A stretch of DNA of 63,824 nucleotides, counting the filler, from Reticulomyxa filosa (taxonomy: Eukaryota; Protista; Foraminifera): NCBI GenBank assembly GCA_000512085.1. It is 12 parts of 12 records of this genome, joined end to end, with 100 filler letters (N's around TTAATTAATTAA, not from the genome) between each part and the next. Parts side by side here need not be neighbours in the genome. Positions count along the whole stretch, not along the records: positions 12,981 to 38,498 come from ASPP01006021.1; 11 more parts are not named here. The stretch is one strand, 5' to 3'. The position numbers and the translations under genes were made by a program. Below, one piece after another: positions 12,881 to 26,462 of the stretch (positions are counted from its first letter, which is position 1; each line of letters opens with the position of its first letter). A model generated the notes under the pieces. The model was not told the origin of the DNA, searched no databases, and worked only from the letters and a program-made list of their open reading frames with translations.

Positions 12881-12980
12881 NNNNNNNNNNNNNNNNNNNN
12901 NNNNNNNNNNNNNNNNNNNNNNNNTTAATTAATTAANNNNNNNNNNNNNNNNNNNNNNNNNNNNNNNNNNNNNNNNNNNN
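12881..12980. other. Artificial contig spacer
   Basis: N44-TTAATTAATTAA-N44. Confidence 0.98.
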
Positions 12981-13220
12981 GGCAGACATGTTCGGAAGTG
13001 TAGTTAACATGTCTGATTTACCATTATATCTGATGATTGATCCAATTACATGTGGGGTATTTTGTCCCAGCATTGCTTGCAGTAGAGCCATTGGGGTAAA
13101 TACACCTTACCTCGACCGTCCGGATCGCCTTACAAGCATTGCTATCAGCAAATGGGTTTCGGTTTTGCCCGAGGTTCAGTAGAAGTTACTGACCCTCGGA
13201 GTTCTCTTTCTTGGTCCGGA
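12981..13220 (+). ncRNA. Candidate structured RNA or repeat-element terminus (unidentified)
   Basis: At least five stems in 240 nt, several with G-U pairs that only form on the + strand; more GC-rich than the downstream DNA. Confidence 0.35.
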
Positions 13221-15105
13221 ATTTCTTGTCCTAGACGATGTTTGAAATCCTTATTTTACTTTTAAGAAAAGTTAATATTAATGATGAAGGTTGTTAATTT
13301 TTTTTTAAAGACTTACAGGATTAAACATGCAGTGCATCAATGTGGAAGAATGTGTTGCAACAACATTTCGCATCAACTTCATGTCGCACAGCGACTTGTA
13401 CTTGCATTTGCAACCCAAATCGGTAATATCATCTTTTTTTGACAATTTCCTTTTCTTTGTCTTGTTGTTTGACATGTTGTTAATATCCATCGCTGATTGA
13501 TTCGATCTTTGGTATAACGTAATCCCAGAATTTTCAATATCAATATCAAATAACTTATTCAATTTATCCAATTTCATCCTATATTTCAATTTACCATTGA
13601 ATACCTTGGGATTACAATCGGTATCACCACTTTGAGAATTTGCATCTTATTTTGAATATCAAACAAAAGTTTTAAAGCTCCAGATTGCCTTTTTTCAGTC
13701 GCAAAATAAGGACTTATAAACGCATTACTTCTTTTATGAACATGTGTTGCTATGCATGAGTATAGCATCTCTAGATTACGTCTTTAAATGAAATGTATTC
13801 AACACTGTAACAACTTCATTAATTAGTGAGGTTGCTGACTATACCTTTATTTAGCCAGCAAGCCTTGCTAAACTGCTTTCTTATTATCACAATTAGTAAA
13901 AGACACTTTCCTTTAACCGCTCGTGCCTCAAAAGTCATGTAAAATTGCTTAACCGACTTAGACCCCTCCCAAAAAATAAATTGAAACAATACGTAACAAT
14001 TTAGAAGACGCAATACTTGCAATATCTCAAAAATTAATCACTATAAAAAATTTTTTATAAGTTAAAAAAATTTATTTTCTGAATTTGATCTTTACAATTT
14101 TGTTGACTTGATAATAGATATTTTCTTGCGATTTCGATATTCTTCGAAATATATATCTATCTTGACCTCTGTTGACTGGATACTAGCTAATCTTGGAAAA
14201 TCTTCAAGATAATCGTTGATTATCTAATATATTTTTTTTTCCCTTCTTTACATTGCAATGGAACAGATATTGGATTTGCGAATAAATTGATGCTCTAAGT
14301 CCATTTTTCAAAATGAAGGAACCGCACAAATAAATTTGTTGCCGCATTTTCAATACAACACATCAAACCTTAGAAGTTTGGTGGGAACAACATCTCGTTT
14401 ATATCCTTCATGATTTATTTTACTTGTTTTTTATTGAAAAGTCGCCCAGATAGCAATATTTCGTTACACTTTATGGCAGAAATGATTAAACAAAGCCATT
14501 ATATTTTTTACTGTCAATTTTACGTAATTTACAGCAATTAAAGCGAAAATACATCAACATCAGTACTTTGATCCAACCATTAATGATAACTTGTATTCTA
14601 GTTTACACTCGAGTAAATTCTAAAAAAGTGTAGTCGCAACAGTTCAAAACTCTCCTCAAAGCCCAGCATTATAATTTTAACGTAATTTTGAGCAACAAAA
14701 TTCTTTCTTCTTTCCATTAAATCGACACTGTGTACTGACTTTTATTGACTCGTATGGATTTACATAACTACAAACAATTGTGAAGTTGGGTTTAAACAAT
14801 TGGCCATAAACAAAGCTGTCAGCAAGAACACAATGCTGCACCATCGTCAGATGGAATATTACATTTCACAAAACATTTCATAAAAACGAAAACAAAACAA
14901 CACTGCAAACATTAATGACAATTTTCTCTTCACAAAGATAGAAATCCAATCTAAAAAATCGCGAAGAGAGAATGAGAAGAAAAAAAAGTGAAGCAAATAA
15001 CTACGCTCGCTTAATAAATTGCGATGAATGTAAGCTGAATAAAAAGACAACGACAACACAAATGTCAGAGGAGAACATAAGAAAAAGCGAGAGGAAGAAA
15101 AAAAA

Positions 15106-16720
15106 TCAAAAAGAGACATAGCGAAGGATGGTTTCATGTTCATTGTTGGCATCACGCTGCACAACAACAAAAGACTTGTCATTTTCATCAGAGTGTTTTC
15201 TGGTAAAAATGGCACAAGGTTGATCCCACACTTCTCGTTTTACAGTTTCGGTTGGAAACAAAGAGGATATTCGTAGCGAGCTGTAGGCTTTTAATTGAAA
15301 AATTTTTTCCAAGTTGCTGTCAAAAATTAATTCTTTTCCATTGCGCTTCAACTTGTTGTTCTATCAATACAGGTGTACACGACAAAGCAGGAAATGAAGT
15401 TCAGATCGTCAAAACAGTATCTCACACAAATTATACAATGTTAAGTACATACGTTTGCATACATCCAAAACAATTTCAATAAATCGTTTCTCATAACGAA
15501 ACCTTCGATTTGCAACAGTTTTGCAAAGCTGTCATTAGTCACTCGTACCCAATGATTCCACCCTCGAGTGGGTTGATGCATTGCTATCAGCTTCGTCGAT
15601 CCTGTTGTTGTCATTGTTGATGTTGCATTCGTTACTTTCTCTTTTTTTTTTTAGGACTATTCTGATTGGTTTTTTTCGGTTTGGATTTGGATTTAGATTT
15701 GGATTTTGAATTGGGCTTTTTGGATTTGGACTTTGGTGTTGAATGTGATTCGGAGTTGGTTGTTTGTCCTTTTGTGTTGGCATCGGTGTTGTGTTGCTCG
15801 TGGCCATGATTGCATTTGAGATCATTGGACGCCGTTGTGTCCATCGTGGACGTGGTGACGGTAGAAGACGACAACACAGACAACGACGGGAACAACGAAG
15901 GGGGATTGGGATAATCGCAAGGAATAGGCTCCTTTGGTAAATGGCTTTGGAACGGATACCTCTGTTGGTAAAGACCATTGAGTTCGCCGATCCATTGCAG
16001 TGTCATTAATTCGTTTGTATTCATTTCCATTAATTTGTTTTTATTTACAATTGTGTTATCATTTGATTTTGTTGTCTTTTCATCCATTTCCTGGTTCTTT
16101 TGTTTGTCATTTCGTTGACTACTATCCGTGCTTATCATCTCTTCCTTGTTTCTTTTTTTACTCTTTTTTTTGTTTGGTTTTGTCTGTGATTCCTTTTCTC
16201 TTATTGTCACACTGTGCGCATTTTCCATCTTATTTGTATTTATGCTTACATTTGCAGTTACATTTACATTCGCCATTAGTTTTCGTGTTTCCACTATCGC
16301 GAACTGTTTTTATTTGTACGTATTTCAGATTTGACAATGTTTGCGTATACATCCTAGTGACCCTATTTGCAATCAGTACGCTCTTTCGCGTTTCAACTCC
16401 TCTTTTTCCTTGTTTCAGAAACATTCCTGGAAATGAGAGGCAAAAAGATAATACAAATAAAAAGAGCTACAATTAACGTTGTATATAAAAGTCTTGAACT
16501 GTTTCATATCCTTTCCGTATTTCGATTGAAGAAACCGAAAAACGTCTCTTTGAGAGACTTTCGTCAAATCATTTCTTGATAGAAAAGATGCTATGTCGCT
16601 TTCGAGTTGAGCTTTCCATTTTCCTTGTTCCGCTTGTTGGTATCGCTTTTTTGTTTGTTTGGTTTAGTTTGGAATATACACAACTCTTCTCCCAAAGTAA
16701 CATACCGCAACAGTCGACAT
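15106..16720 (-). CDS. DEK_C + SWIB/MDM2 domain protein (UAF30/Tri1/spp27-like)
   Basis: Exon about 16640-16480 encodes LESDIASFLSRNDLTKVSQRDVFRFLQSKYGKDMKQFKTFI (DEK_C). C-terminal FAKLLQIEGFVMRNDLLKLFWMYAN|NNKLKRNGKELIFDSNLEKIF (SWIB). Frameshift in the poly-A near 15645. 3' end uncertain. Confidence 0.75.
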
Positions 16721-17053
16721 TCAGTTTTCGTTAGGAAAACCTCTTTTTGACGAGATTTGAGAAGCGTTTTATTTACGTTTCAAAAGGGGCACACTTAAAA
16801 AAGGAAAACATTTTGCGCTTCTTTTGAAAAAAAGATAGTACATTGAATTATCTTAGATGTGATGAAACTGATAAATTGTCGCAGTTTATTCAACAATACT
16901 CATTTAAGGCTTTGATTGAGATGTTCCAAAAATTTGTTTGAGATATGACAATCCCAAAATGGAAAGAGGGGGGAAAAAAAAGGGGGTGACAAGTTACAAT
17001 GATTTGTCACAAGTCACAGAAAAAGCGAATAGACAGAGTTGTTTAGGGTATAC

Positions 17054-18132
17054 TTAAAGTATAAAACATTGACAGCGTGAAGTGGAATTAGTATTTTCAG
17101 TTTGCGGAGTAGGGTTAGAAGGAGGAGCGGTAGAGCTTCGACATTTACGGACTAACTCTTCGAAAGCTGCCGCAACATTGTGTGCAGTGAGGGCAGACCC
17201 TTCAAAAAAAAGGAATTTTCCAAGATTTGGCCATATTTTCACCTTGCAATACTTTTACTTCCCTTTTGTCATCTTCCAAATCGTTTTTATTTCCAAACAA
17301 TACAACATAGTGTTCCTTGCCGTCTTTTATAGCTTTTATTTTACCATAAATGTCCTGGGCTATTTTAAATGACGATTCCGAGTCTATAGAATATACCACT
17401 AGAAATCCTAACCCTTGCTTTATCCCTTTTTTTTGTGTTCCCACCACACATCCCCACAAACACAAGAAAAATATACGTATACTTTTTCTTTTTCCTTGAA
17501 CTTTTAAAAATACAAGATGATATGAAATAGCATATCGCTAGCAACATTAAAACAGAAAAAGAGACACCAAACAATTTTCTTGCATCGCCACGAATTGTTC
17601 TTGTCCTCCCGTGTCAAGTATTTCCAATATTGAAGTTTCTCCATCCACCTCTAGTGCTTTTCTGTCAACAATTTTTTAGGTTTGTATACGTTAAAAAAAC
17701 GCTCAATTCCTAGTGAGTTTTTCCGTTTGTAGTATTTTTTTTTGGAACAGTACATACATCCATAAAAATAAAAGGATCAACTCACGTGTAGCTATCTATG
17801 GTTGAATATATATATTATGTTGAAGCAAAAAAAACAAACAACAGATATTAAAGATCTGTGACCATGAGTGCAACAAAAGAAATTATTTTTTTGATGCAAA
17901 GGGATCAGTGTATACCTTCAATGGTTGGGTCATGGTTCGCGTCGAATTTGTCTTTGACAATTCGTAGTGTTAGAGCACTTTTTCCAACTGCTCCTCCACC
18001 CAACAGGACTATGTTGAACTGTTTTGAGTTTGTTTTAGCTTCTAAGTCTGATAGAGAATCAAAAAATCGTACATACAATTACATAACTGTTCCACTTGCA
18101 TTTGTTCCCTTTGTTCTTCGATGATCGTCCAT
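17054..18132 (-). CDS. Ras/Rap-family small GTPase (multi-exon)
   Basis: G1 GGGAVGKS, effector HDPTIE, G3 LDTGGQE, G4 GNKND, G5 SAL, CAAX CFIL*; homopolymer frameshift near 17205. Confidence 0.92.
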
Positions 18133-18579
18133 ATGTTTTTTTGTATATCTGTCCCTTGGTTGTTTTTCTGGTGACAACACTAAAAAGTTTTCATATGACC
18201 ATCATCAATAAAATAGATCCTACAAAGAACAATAATGAAAAGAAGAAGTGAATATTTCTTAAAAATAGCCGACTATATTCCTCCTTCAAAGTTATTGATA
18301 TTTCACAATGTTTTATCTAAATTATCTTTTGATGGATACAACTAGCGATAAAAAACTGCAGGTATTTTTTTAATGCTACAATCCGACATTTATTGTACAG
18401 TCAAAAGAACTTCAAAATAGTCGGAATTGAAGATATCAAAAGAAATCTTTTGTTAAATAAATATACCAAAATGGTGCCCTGTCGGAAGAAGGAAAAAACA
18501 AAACAAAACAAAAAAGTAATCAGCCACATTTTTTGACAATTTACTGCCTGTTCCTTTTTTTGTGTTTCAGTGTTTGTAT

Positions 18580-21500
18580 CTACTCTTCGTGTTCAATAGG
18601 TCTGATCTCCTCATGATCACTTTCACTAGCAATGCCTTTGCTAACCTTCAAAGGATTTACATTTTCTTTTTCATTGCCATCGTTATCTTCTATTTCTGGT
18701 GCTGACGATTTTTCATGAGACTTTTCAAATGGATCTCGATGCATTGCACCATCGTCTTGATTTTGTCTATTCATAACATCTGCCATTTCAACGTCTGCGC
18801 GATCTTCCTTATCGTTTGCTTTAGAGTCCTGTGGATTTGCAGGATCATCGGCTATTTTCCCACGCTTTACGTTAGCTATAAGACATACATATGAAACTAT
18901 TTTAAAAGTGGATTTGTATTGATCACATTCAATCAAATATTGTTTTTTTTGTTTTTTTTTCACTCCTCTCGTCTCTCGCTCAATGTAAAATACAAAACAT
19001 TACATTTGTTCCAGTTTTTCTCCAATTCTGTTTTGAAGGTCGAAAAATATAATTGTAATCCGACATTATTTCTGAAAATGCCTTCCAAGAGATCGGAGAC
19101 GCTGCCTTCCAACACTTTGAAGTGTTCCCAGCTATTGTTGTCAAAAAAAAAATTAGTGAAATAGTAATGACATCAAAATAAAGAAACAAGGAATGTTAAC
19201 AAGGTGATCTTATCTCTGTTTCTGGATCTTCGAATGAAGTGAAGTAGTCCAGGCAACAAGACAAAGTATTTCTTTTCGTGGCAATTTTCTTCGCTCAATA
19301 CGAGATCCAACGTTTTGGTGACAAAGGTTTGGAAATACGCACGACTTTTGATGGCGACTCCGCCGACGGAAGCCAAAGCTTTGCATAGCGTATCGAGTGC
19401 GGCCTCTTCCACCGGGACGCTTTCATCGTTGCACAGCATTTTCAGAGCATCGAGCATCATTAATTGCAGTTCCACGTGATTGGTTTTGTCCAAATGGCCA
19501 AGGAATTGTCTGGTTATGTCGTTGAAGCGACCTGAAACACCTTCTTTAAAGCGTTGCACGTTTGCATTGATCTCTGTTTGTTCCATATCGGACCTGTTAT
19601 ATATATATATTGCATGTATATATTATGCCTAACGAGATGATACAACACAAAAACTCAACTCTCCAGGTAGTGTTATGATTTGACGAGACAGCAACCGGTA
19701 ATGGAATTTGGAAATGACCAGCGTTCCAAAGGACAACATTTCGACGCAATTGTAAATGCACAAACGAGCGGCACTCATTAGAGCACGCATGTGGTCGTGT
19801 TCTGTTTTTAAAATGATTGACGGATTCAAAGGATCATGCAACAATGGACGACTCAATGCGAATTGCAACACTTGCAACAGCAGATCTTTCAAATTGGGAA
19901 ACTCGCTGTTTTCGTCAAACAGCTCGCGATTGAAGACACTGCTAGTCAATTCATTTTCATTGGCGTGAGGACAGAACAGCGGCAAAATGTCGATCAAATC
20001 CAAAGATAGTGACACAAACAAACTGTCGTGGGCCTCTCTCCACTCGTTTATTTCATCGTTGAAGTTACCAACCAATTTTTGGCATAAAAAGTGTAGCACT
20101 TTGCAGTAGCCACTTCGGAGTTGCTGTAACGACCCAATGCTGTTGGCATCGGCACGTGTGTGATCAAGTCCTTTGGTTTGCCACATTATGCAATAGATGA
20201 GTGCAGGAACCAATCCTTCCAACATCTTTTTTTGTGTTCATTTCTTTAAAAAAAGAAAAAAATTCATTGTTGCAATGGAGAAGAGAATACAAAACTGAAT
20301 GATGAACATGATCATTAACAACCGAGTCAAGTAATTGCTGTAACTCGTCTCCAAACGACAATTGACCAATATTCATATGTTGCAATAGGCCATTCATTCG
20401 ATACAAATTGCTAAAGCAGTCTTGTAGACATTTCTTTGCTTCTTCTGCTTGTTCTTGTTCTTCATCATTGTTATCATCATCCTCATTGTCGTCGGTGTGT
20501 TTATGTTCACGTTCCTTTCGACCTCGTTGTTGACCTTGCTTTAACGCCTTTGTCGTCATTGTCATCATCCTCTTATCCTTATCCTTATCATTGCCTTCGT
20601 CATAAAGACGATGCAAGTTGACTCCATCGTCCAAAGCGGTTTGAATGTCGACAAGACTCTTGTGCAGCTGCTTGGCCAAGTCGGTGGCCATATCAAAGAC
20701 CGACTTTTGGGACTCGTGTTTGTAGTCATACGTGACGAAGGTCAAGTGGGCTAATGACTTGCCGATCATCGAGTACATTTGCGACTCGACATAGTATTTG
20801 GCGTCCTGAGCTAAATTGGGTTGTGACGAAAACAACGGTTCGCCAGTCGGCTTGGGTTCACTTTGGGCCACGGCCTCTGCAAATTGCTTCCATCGCTCGT
20901 TCCAGTTGACACGTGTCCAATGATCGATTCGAATTTCGTGTTTGAAGAACGAGTTCTTCAGCGACGCTAGAATCTCGTCCAGACACTGCTTTCCCAGAGA
21001 AGAGTTGAATCCCGAAATGGGAATCAATGACACCATTTGGATGACGGCAAATGACTTGAGAGGATCTGTTTGAAATGTGCGCAGCAATGTTGGCAACGAT
21101 GGTAACACGTCTTTGCAAATATTTGTCATTTGTTCGGCGCGTCTTTTTTCCACATTCGCTTTTTCAGTCGCGCGAGGCTTTCTCGGATTGGACACGAGTG
21201 CATCCAGTCTTCCATTGGCCGCCTTCATGGCGGAGAGCATTAAAAAGCACAAAATGGTCTGTCCAAAGTCGTCCAAGTCGAGTTCGCTAATGATTTGCAA
21301 CACCTTTTTGTTGTTGTGAATATCTGTCTCAGACTCGCTGCTCTCCGCGTCCTTGGAGTTCTTCTTGTTGTGACCGGCATTCAATTGCATGCGACGCAGC
21401 ATTCTTTCGTTTTTATCGTTTTGCGATTCTTCCGTGGATAAAATACCCTCGATCATCATGTCGAAGCGTGACAACACGACCAGCTTGTCTTGCATGCCAT

Positions 21501-24403
21501 AGATGAGATAGTCGCACACTTGCTCGTAATTGTAGTACAACGCACTCGTCCCAAGGGAATGCAAAAAGTGTGCATTGTACGTTTCGCACAGCTCTGCCTT
21601 TTGCAACGCGTGCAGCACTTTGGTATTCAATCCGATGATGCGATCTCGCACCAAAGAGATTAACTCGCGTAGATCATCGCGATAGCGTTCAAATAGTGTC
21701 ACTTTCAATTCCAATGGCTCCTGACTACTTGCGTCCATACTCTTCTGTTGTTGTTGTTGTTGTTGTCGTTTGTAATCTTGTGCTGTTGTCGCCATCAACG
21801 CTGCGTCGTCGAACGTGTCGTAAAAGATAAAGTCTGCGCCCACTTTGCGGATTTCATCGTTCTCTTCCAAAAAACAGTCCAGGATTTCGTCGCCCTCGGT
21901 GGCGGCCAATTGGTCATTGCGCAGCATCAGATTGATCAATGCGATGGCGTTGGACGCCACGCTGGCATTCGCGTCTTTGACTAAAAAGAACACCAGATGT
22001 TTGATTCGATCCCAAAACGTGCTCAGCGTGTGCATGCGATCGCGATGAACCGACACACCTGTCGACGCGCTCGTGATTCGCGTGCGTCCGTCTTGTCCTT
22101 TGTTTCGAACGGGGGACGACTTTACACGGTTTTTTCCATGGTTGCGATTGTCTGGGTCAAACAATGACTGCAAGTTAGTCAACGCGCATTCACGTACTTT
22201 TGCGTCCTTTTTTTGAAAAAATATATATATGCATGTACATATATACATATATACATATATACATTTATACATATATACATTTATACATTTATGTAATGCC
22301 ATCATTAAACAAAACAAAACTCGATCGGAAAGTGCACCCTGCAAATATCGCCAATACGTGTCATTGAAAAAAGACAATGGACTCGGGTCGGCGTTGACCC
22401 ATTCGGTAATGCAGTTCAAAGCCCAAATGCGGATGTCACTGTTCGAGTCTTTGGATTTGTACACAATCACATTTTCAAAAATAAACGTGACAATTTTTTG
22501 AATGGCTTCGATACGCTGTCGAAAATCGAATGCGCTTTCTTCTAATTTGGTCATCTTTGCACTCTTTTTATCTTTCTTCGGACTTCGCAGACTCTTCGCT
22601 TGATGGTTGCGTTTCTTTCTCTCTTGTTTCGACTCTTCGCTCTTGTCATCCTCAATCTCCTCGTTTCCTTGGCCTGATTGCTTCGATTGCAATGCCTTCT
22701 CCGCTCGCAGTCGCCGTTCACACTTTTCCAAGCTCTGACGGGCTTTCGCCATCAAGTGCACACATCCGCTGCCGATGCAAATGGCCGTGTACACACCCAC
22801 TTTACGCAAGTGTGTAATTTTCGATTCTCTTTACATATACATATTTATATACATATATATTAATCTCAAAACAAAGTTTTGTAAGGTACAAAAAAGACCT
22901 GGCCAACAATTCACAAAATCTCAAAATACATGCAATGGAATCGTCTCTATTGTCATACAACAAGTCTTCCAAGGCATTGATAATATGTTGCCAAAACGAT
23001 TTGTAGCGTGTCATCAATTGTTTTTTGCTCAATATTTTGGCCTTGTCGGTGTCGTCCTTTTTGTCTTCTTCTTTTTCTTGCTCCGCCAATTCGTGTTCCT
23101 TTTCGACTTCATCCTCCATTTGATCCTGTTGCAACTTTCGCTTGTCGAAAAATAAAATTTCCTGTTTTTTGCCGTTTACAAATATGTCATGCCATTTCAT
23201 ATACGTGCCATTGTCTTTGTCCAATTGCACGTCGTTCGCTTCATCCGAAATGCCAAGCTCTTCTCTCACTTTCTTTATCATCGCCTGTTTGTCGGGCGAA
23301 TGCTGAACACTTATTTCGATCATGTCCATTATTTTCCACTTCAGTTTTCTGTCCACTGGTGCGTTCAACGTCAAGTCCGGTTTGTTCAATTCCCATGTTC
23401 GAATGCCTCCACACTTGCGTTTATATTTTTTATTTTATGTTTTATGTATATCATAATAATAATAATTTTTTATTATTATTATTATCATTATGCTCCAAAC
23501 AGATACATATTTTTTGTTGAGTGTTGTTCGGACTTTTATTACAAGTGGAATAACATTTAAATTTTTTTTTAAAAAAAAAAAAGCTTAACGTAAAACATGA
23601 AATTGGTCAAATCCATTCCAAATTCATCGTCGGCATTTAATTCCATTGCCCAGTCTTGTAATTTGTCGTAATTTGCCTTCATTGAGGCATTGCCATAAAA
23701 CCATTCTTTTTTTTTTTATTTTATTAATGTTTGATTATTTTTATCATTTCAATGGCAATGTAAAGAAAAAAAAAAATGAAAAAATCCAAACTGATCATTT
23801 GCTCAACGCGGTTGTTGTATTGAACAAAACATTCTGGGAAATTGGGATCAACACCCATTTCTGCATCGTAATCATTTTGTCCCGGAGATTTAGCTCTGGA
23901 TCGACTTCTCCTATTCTTTTTCGATTCGGGGTCAAATTCCGATTCATTGTCACTTTCGCGCACCTTATACTTTTTAGATCGACGCTCATCTTCGTCGTCT
24001 GAATGTTTGCTTTTTGATACTTTTTTTGTCTTCACTGTTTCTTTTTGTTTTTTTGATGATTTTTTGGCACCCCGACGAATGCGTTTTTGGCTCCTTTTTT
24101 TATTTTTTATTTTTATTTTATTTTGTGCTCTCCTTTCACCATCAATCATATTGGCAACAATTTGTAATGTGTAATCGAGTTTACTCAACGCTTCTGACTC
24201 ATTTTGGGCTTTTTCATTGACTTCACTTTCTTTCACGTCCTTCAAATTTCGCTTTCGTGTTCGTTGGGAGGTTCTAGTTGGCCTACAATAGGTTTTGTTC
24301 TTGCTTTAGAACTCACTTCTAGTACCAAAAAAAAAAAAAGAAAACTCAGCTTTGCTGCAACGTCTTTTTCAACAATAGCTCGTGAACGAGTTCGTACAGG
24401 CAT
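18580..24403 (-). CDS. SCC3: Cohesin subunit STAG/SA/Scc3 (multi-exon)
   Basis: Stromalin conserved domain IFENVIVYKSKDSNSDIRIWALNCITEWV...FFNDTYWRYLQGALSD|KDAKVRECALTNL; HEAT-like remainder; ORFs 23724-24245, 22802-23389, 20164-22809, 19629-20225 and 19173-19586 join via introns. Confidence 0.85.
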
Positions 24404-24810
24404 AATAATCAAACAAATACTACAAAGTAAAAATTGATCTGCGTTTTTGCCACCGCAAAAAGTTTGATGATGAAAATTTCTTTCAAAGGGTCCAGCACAC
24501 GTTCACTGCTGGGCACAGTACTTCTTCTACACGAGGGCTCGAAATGAAGGGTATTCAATTCAACAGATCGTAGATTTGTAACAAAAGCAATCTCGTGTAT
24601 TAGCCAAAAAACACAAAAATATCGAATACAATTCTTACACGTTGTGTAAGCAGATTTTGAGTACTGTGATGAAATGCTGTTAAAAAATATTTAAAGGAAA
24701 GACAATTCTACAAGTTATTTAGCTATTTAAAGTAATATTTATACGTATTAATTAAATTTATTTTTTCAAAATACTTAAACGTAATCGTCAAAAAAAAACA
24801 AAAATTCCAA

Positions 24811-25626
24811 CTAACGCATAATAGAATCTACAATAATGTCCCCGCCAAATTGTTTACTTTCGTATGGCTTGAAGACTTTTTCTTGAATGGAATAGTACAT
24901 CCAACGCGATTTTTTGTGACCAAGAATGTCATCTTCCGAGTATAACAATGCATGGGACTTGTCTCTTGTGTCCTGAGAGTCAGAGCACATTTTCCATTTT
25001 CTGTTTTTGTAATAGATACAAAACGAATTCACTGGTTTTGATTTTATTTGATCGCTTCTGTTCAACGAAATTTGTCGAAACAATGGCATGTTTTCATATA
25101 TATCTTGAGTTGGCATGTGTACGTATATACCATTTAATCTCTCGGAATTCGCTTGCCCATTCGTGTTAAACTTATTTACGCATACGAATAAATACCAACA
25201 TTTGTTTCGCAACTTTAAAAGGCAATCATAGCATTTCACGCTGAGATGGGTTGACAACAAGCTCATTGACTCGGATTCCAGTATCACTAGGTCATGGAGA
25301 GTATAAATATCTTGTTTTCGCAGATCACCTTTCCATTTAAACAATCGCTCGTTGTCAATTTCACTGAACACGCATTTAAGACAATCGATAATGTCCAGAT
25401 CCTTCAGATGGGGCTTTTCGGGGGATTGAGTAGCAGCAAGCGCTTCTTTTTGTTCTCCATTTGCCACATTGACAACAGAAACTTGTTCGGACAGCGGAGA
25501 AGCGTTTAACTTTGTCACTGGCGCATCTATTATGTCCATGTCCTTTTCTCCTTCTACTTTCGTTTGAGGAATTAAAGGTTCTTCCTGCTTTTTTCTTGGA
25601 GATCTTTGTGATTGGACTGCCTCCAT
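24811..25626 (-). CDS. Hypothetical protein, possible SAM-like helical domain
   Basis: 271-aa ORF; KWKGDLRKQDIYTLHDLVILESESMSLL weakly resembles a SAM domain. Confidence 0.55.
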   Translation of the reverse strand: MEAVQSQRSPRKKQEEPLIPQTKVEGEKDMDIIDAPVTKLNASPLSEQVSVVNVANGEQKEALAATQSPEKPHLKDLDIIDCLKCVFSEIDNERLFKWKGDLRKQDIYTLHDLVILESESMSLLSTHLSVKCYDCLLKLRNKCWYLFVCVNKFNTNGQANSERLNGIYVHMPTQDIYENMPLFRQISLNRSDQIKSKPVNSFCIYYKNRKWKMCSDSQDTRDKSHALLYSEDDILGHKKSRWMYYSIQEKVFKPYESKQFGGDIIVDSIMR

Positions 25627-26462
25627 TTACTTGACCCAAAGTTTGTCTTTAGATGTTTCAAAATGAAAAAAAATAAGTCTTTTTGTTGTACTCTTTGTGA
25701 ACTTTACAAAACAAAGGGCGCTGAACGTGCTGCGTCGGAGCATGTGCAAATTAAGAACGCTTTATGTTGATATCTTTTACAAAAATTCTTAACACTTCTA
25801 AGTTTCAAAAACAGTTTATTTTGATTAGTTATTTTTGTTTTAGTGTTACCTTTTTTGATGAAAAAACGGGCTAAACGAAGCTATAAATATTTGGTAGATG
25901 TCACAAGTAACTAAAAAATTCAAGCAAGAAAATGCAGATTTCGCAATATATCCCTTATTTCAAAATGCATTATGTCAACAAGTTGCAATTGTCAGCGATG
26001 GGTACAGTGTAAAAAATTCTGTCTATTAAACTTTCAAATGTCATAGTTGGTTTTATGAAAAAAATTCTGAAGGTACGAACACCAGAAAAATTTTTAGGGA
26101 ACAAGATGTTTCATTAGTATCAAAGATTTTATTTTTGATTACTCCTTACGATATGCGCCAATTTTTCATCTTATTCTGTTCAAATAAGTAAGTCTTGGGC
26201 AAAACGTTTTCGGGGGAACGTAAAAACTCTAAGTTCAGCGCAGAATTCTGTTGATATTTCTTGTAATAATTCTGGTTTCGTCTAGTGCTAAATGGGAAGT
26301 AGGGCAATAAAAGCTCAGAAAACCGAAGCCAAAGAACAACGAACATATTCGGTGAAAAACCTTAGTTTTTAAAAAAGTGGTTTATGCACTGGTGCTTTTT
26401 AAGAGAAGGAGCTAAGATAGAACGAAGAAATAATAGCCTTCTACTTTTAATAATATACATAG

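Noticed and set aside
12995-13005. AAGTGTAGT resembling the U2 snRNA branch-pairing region
   Set aside because: Lacks GTAGTA and the conserved flanking U2 sequence
13030-13036. CTGATGA as a hammerhead ribozyme core or C/D box
   Set aside because: No properly placed stem II-GAAA-stem III, and no terminal stem around a C/D pair
13305-14800. Short minus-strand ORFs as a transposon or retroelement remnant
   Set aside because: No RT, integrase, transposase or endonuclease motifs recognisable
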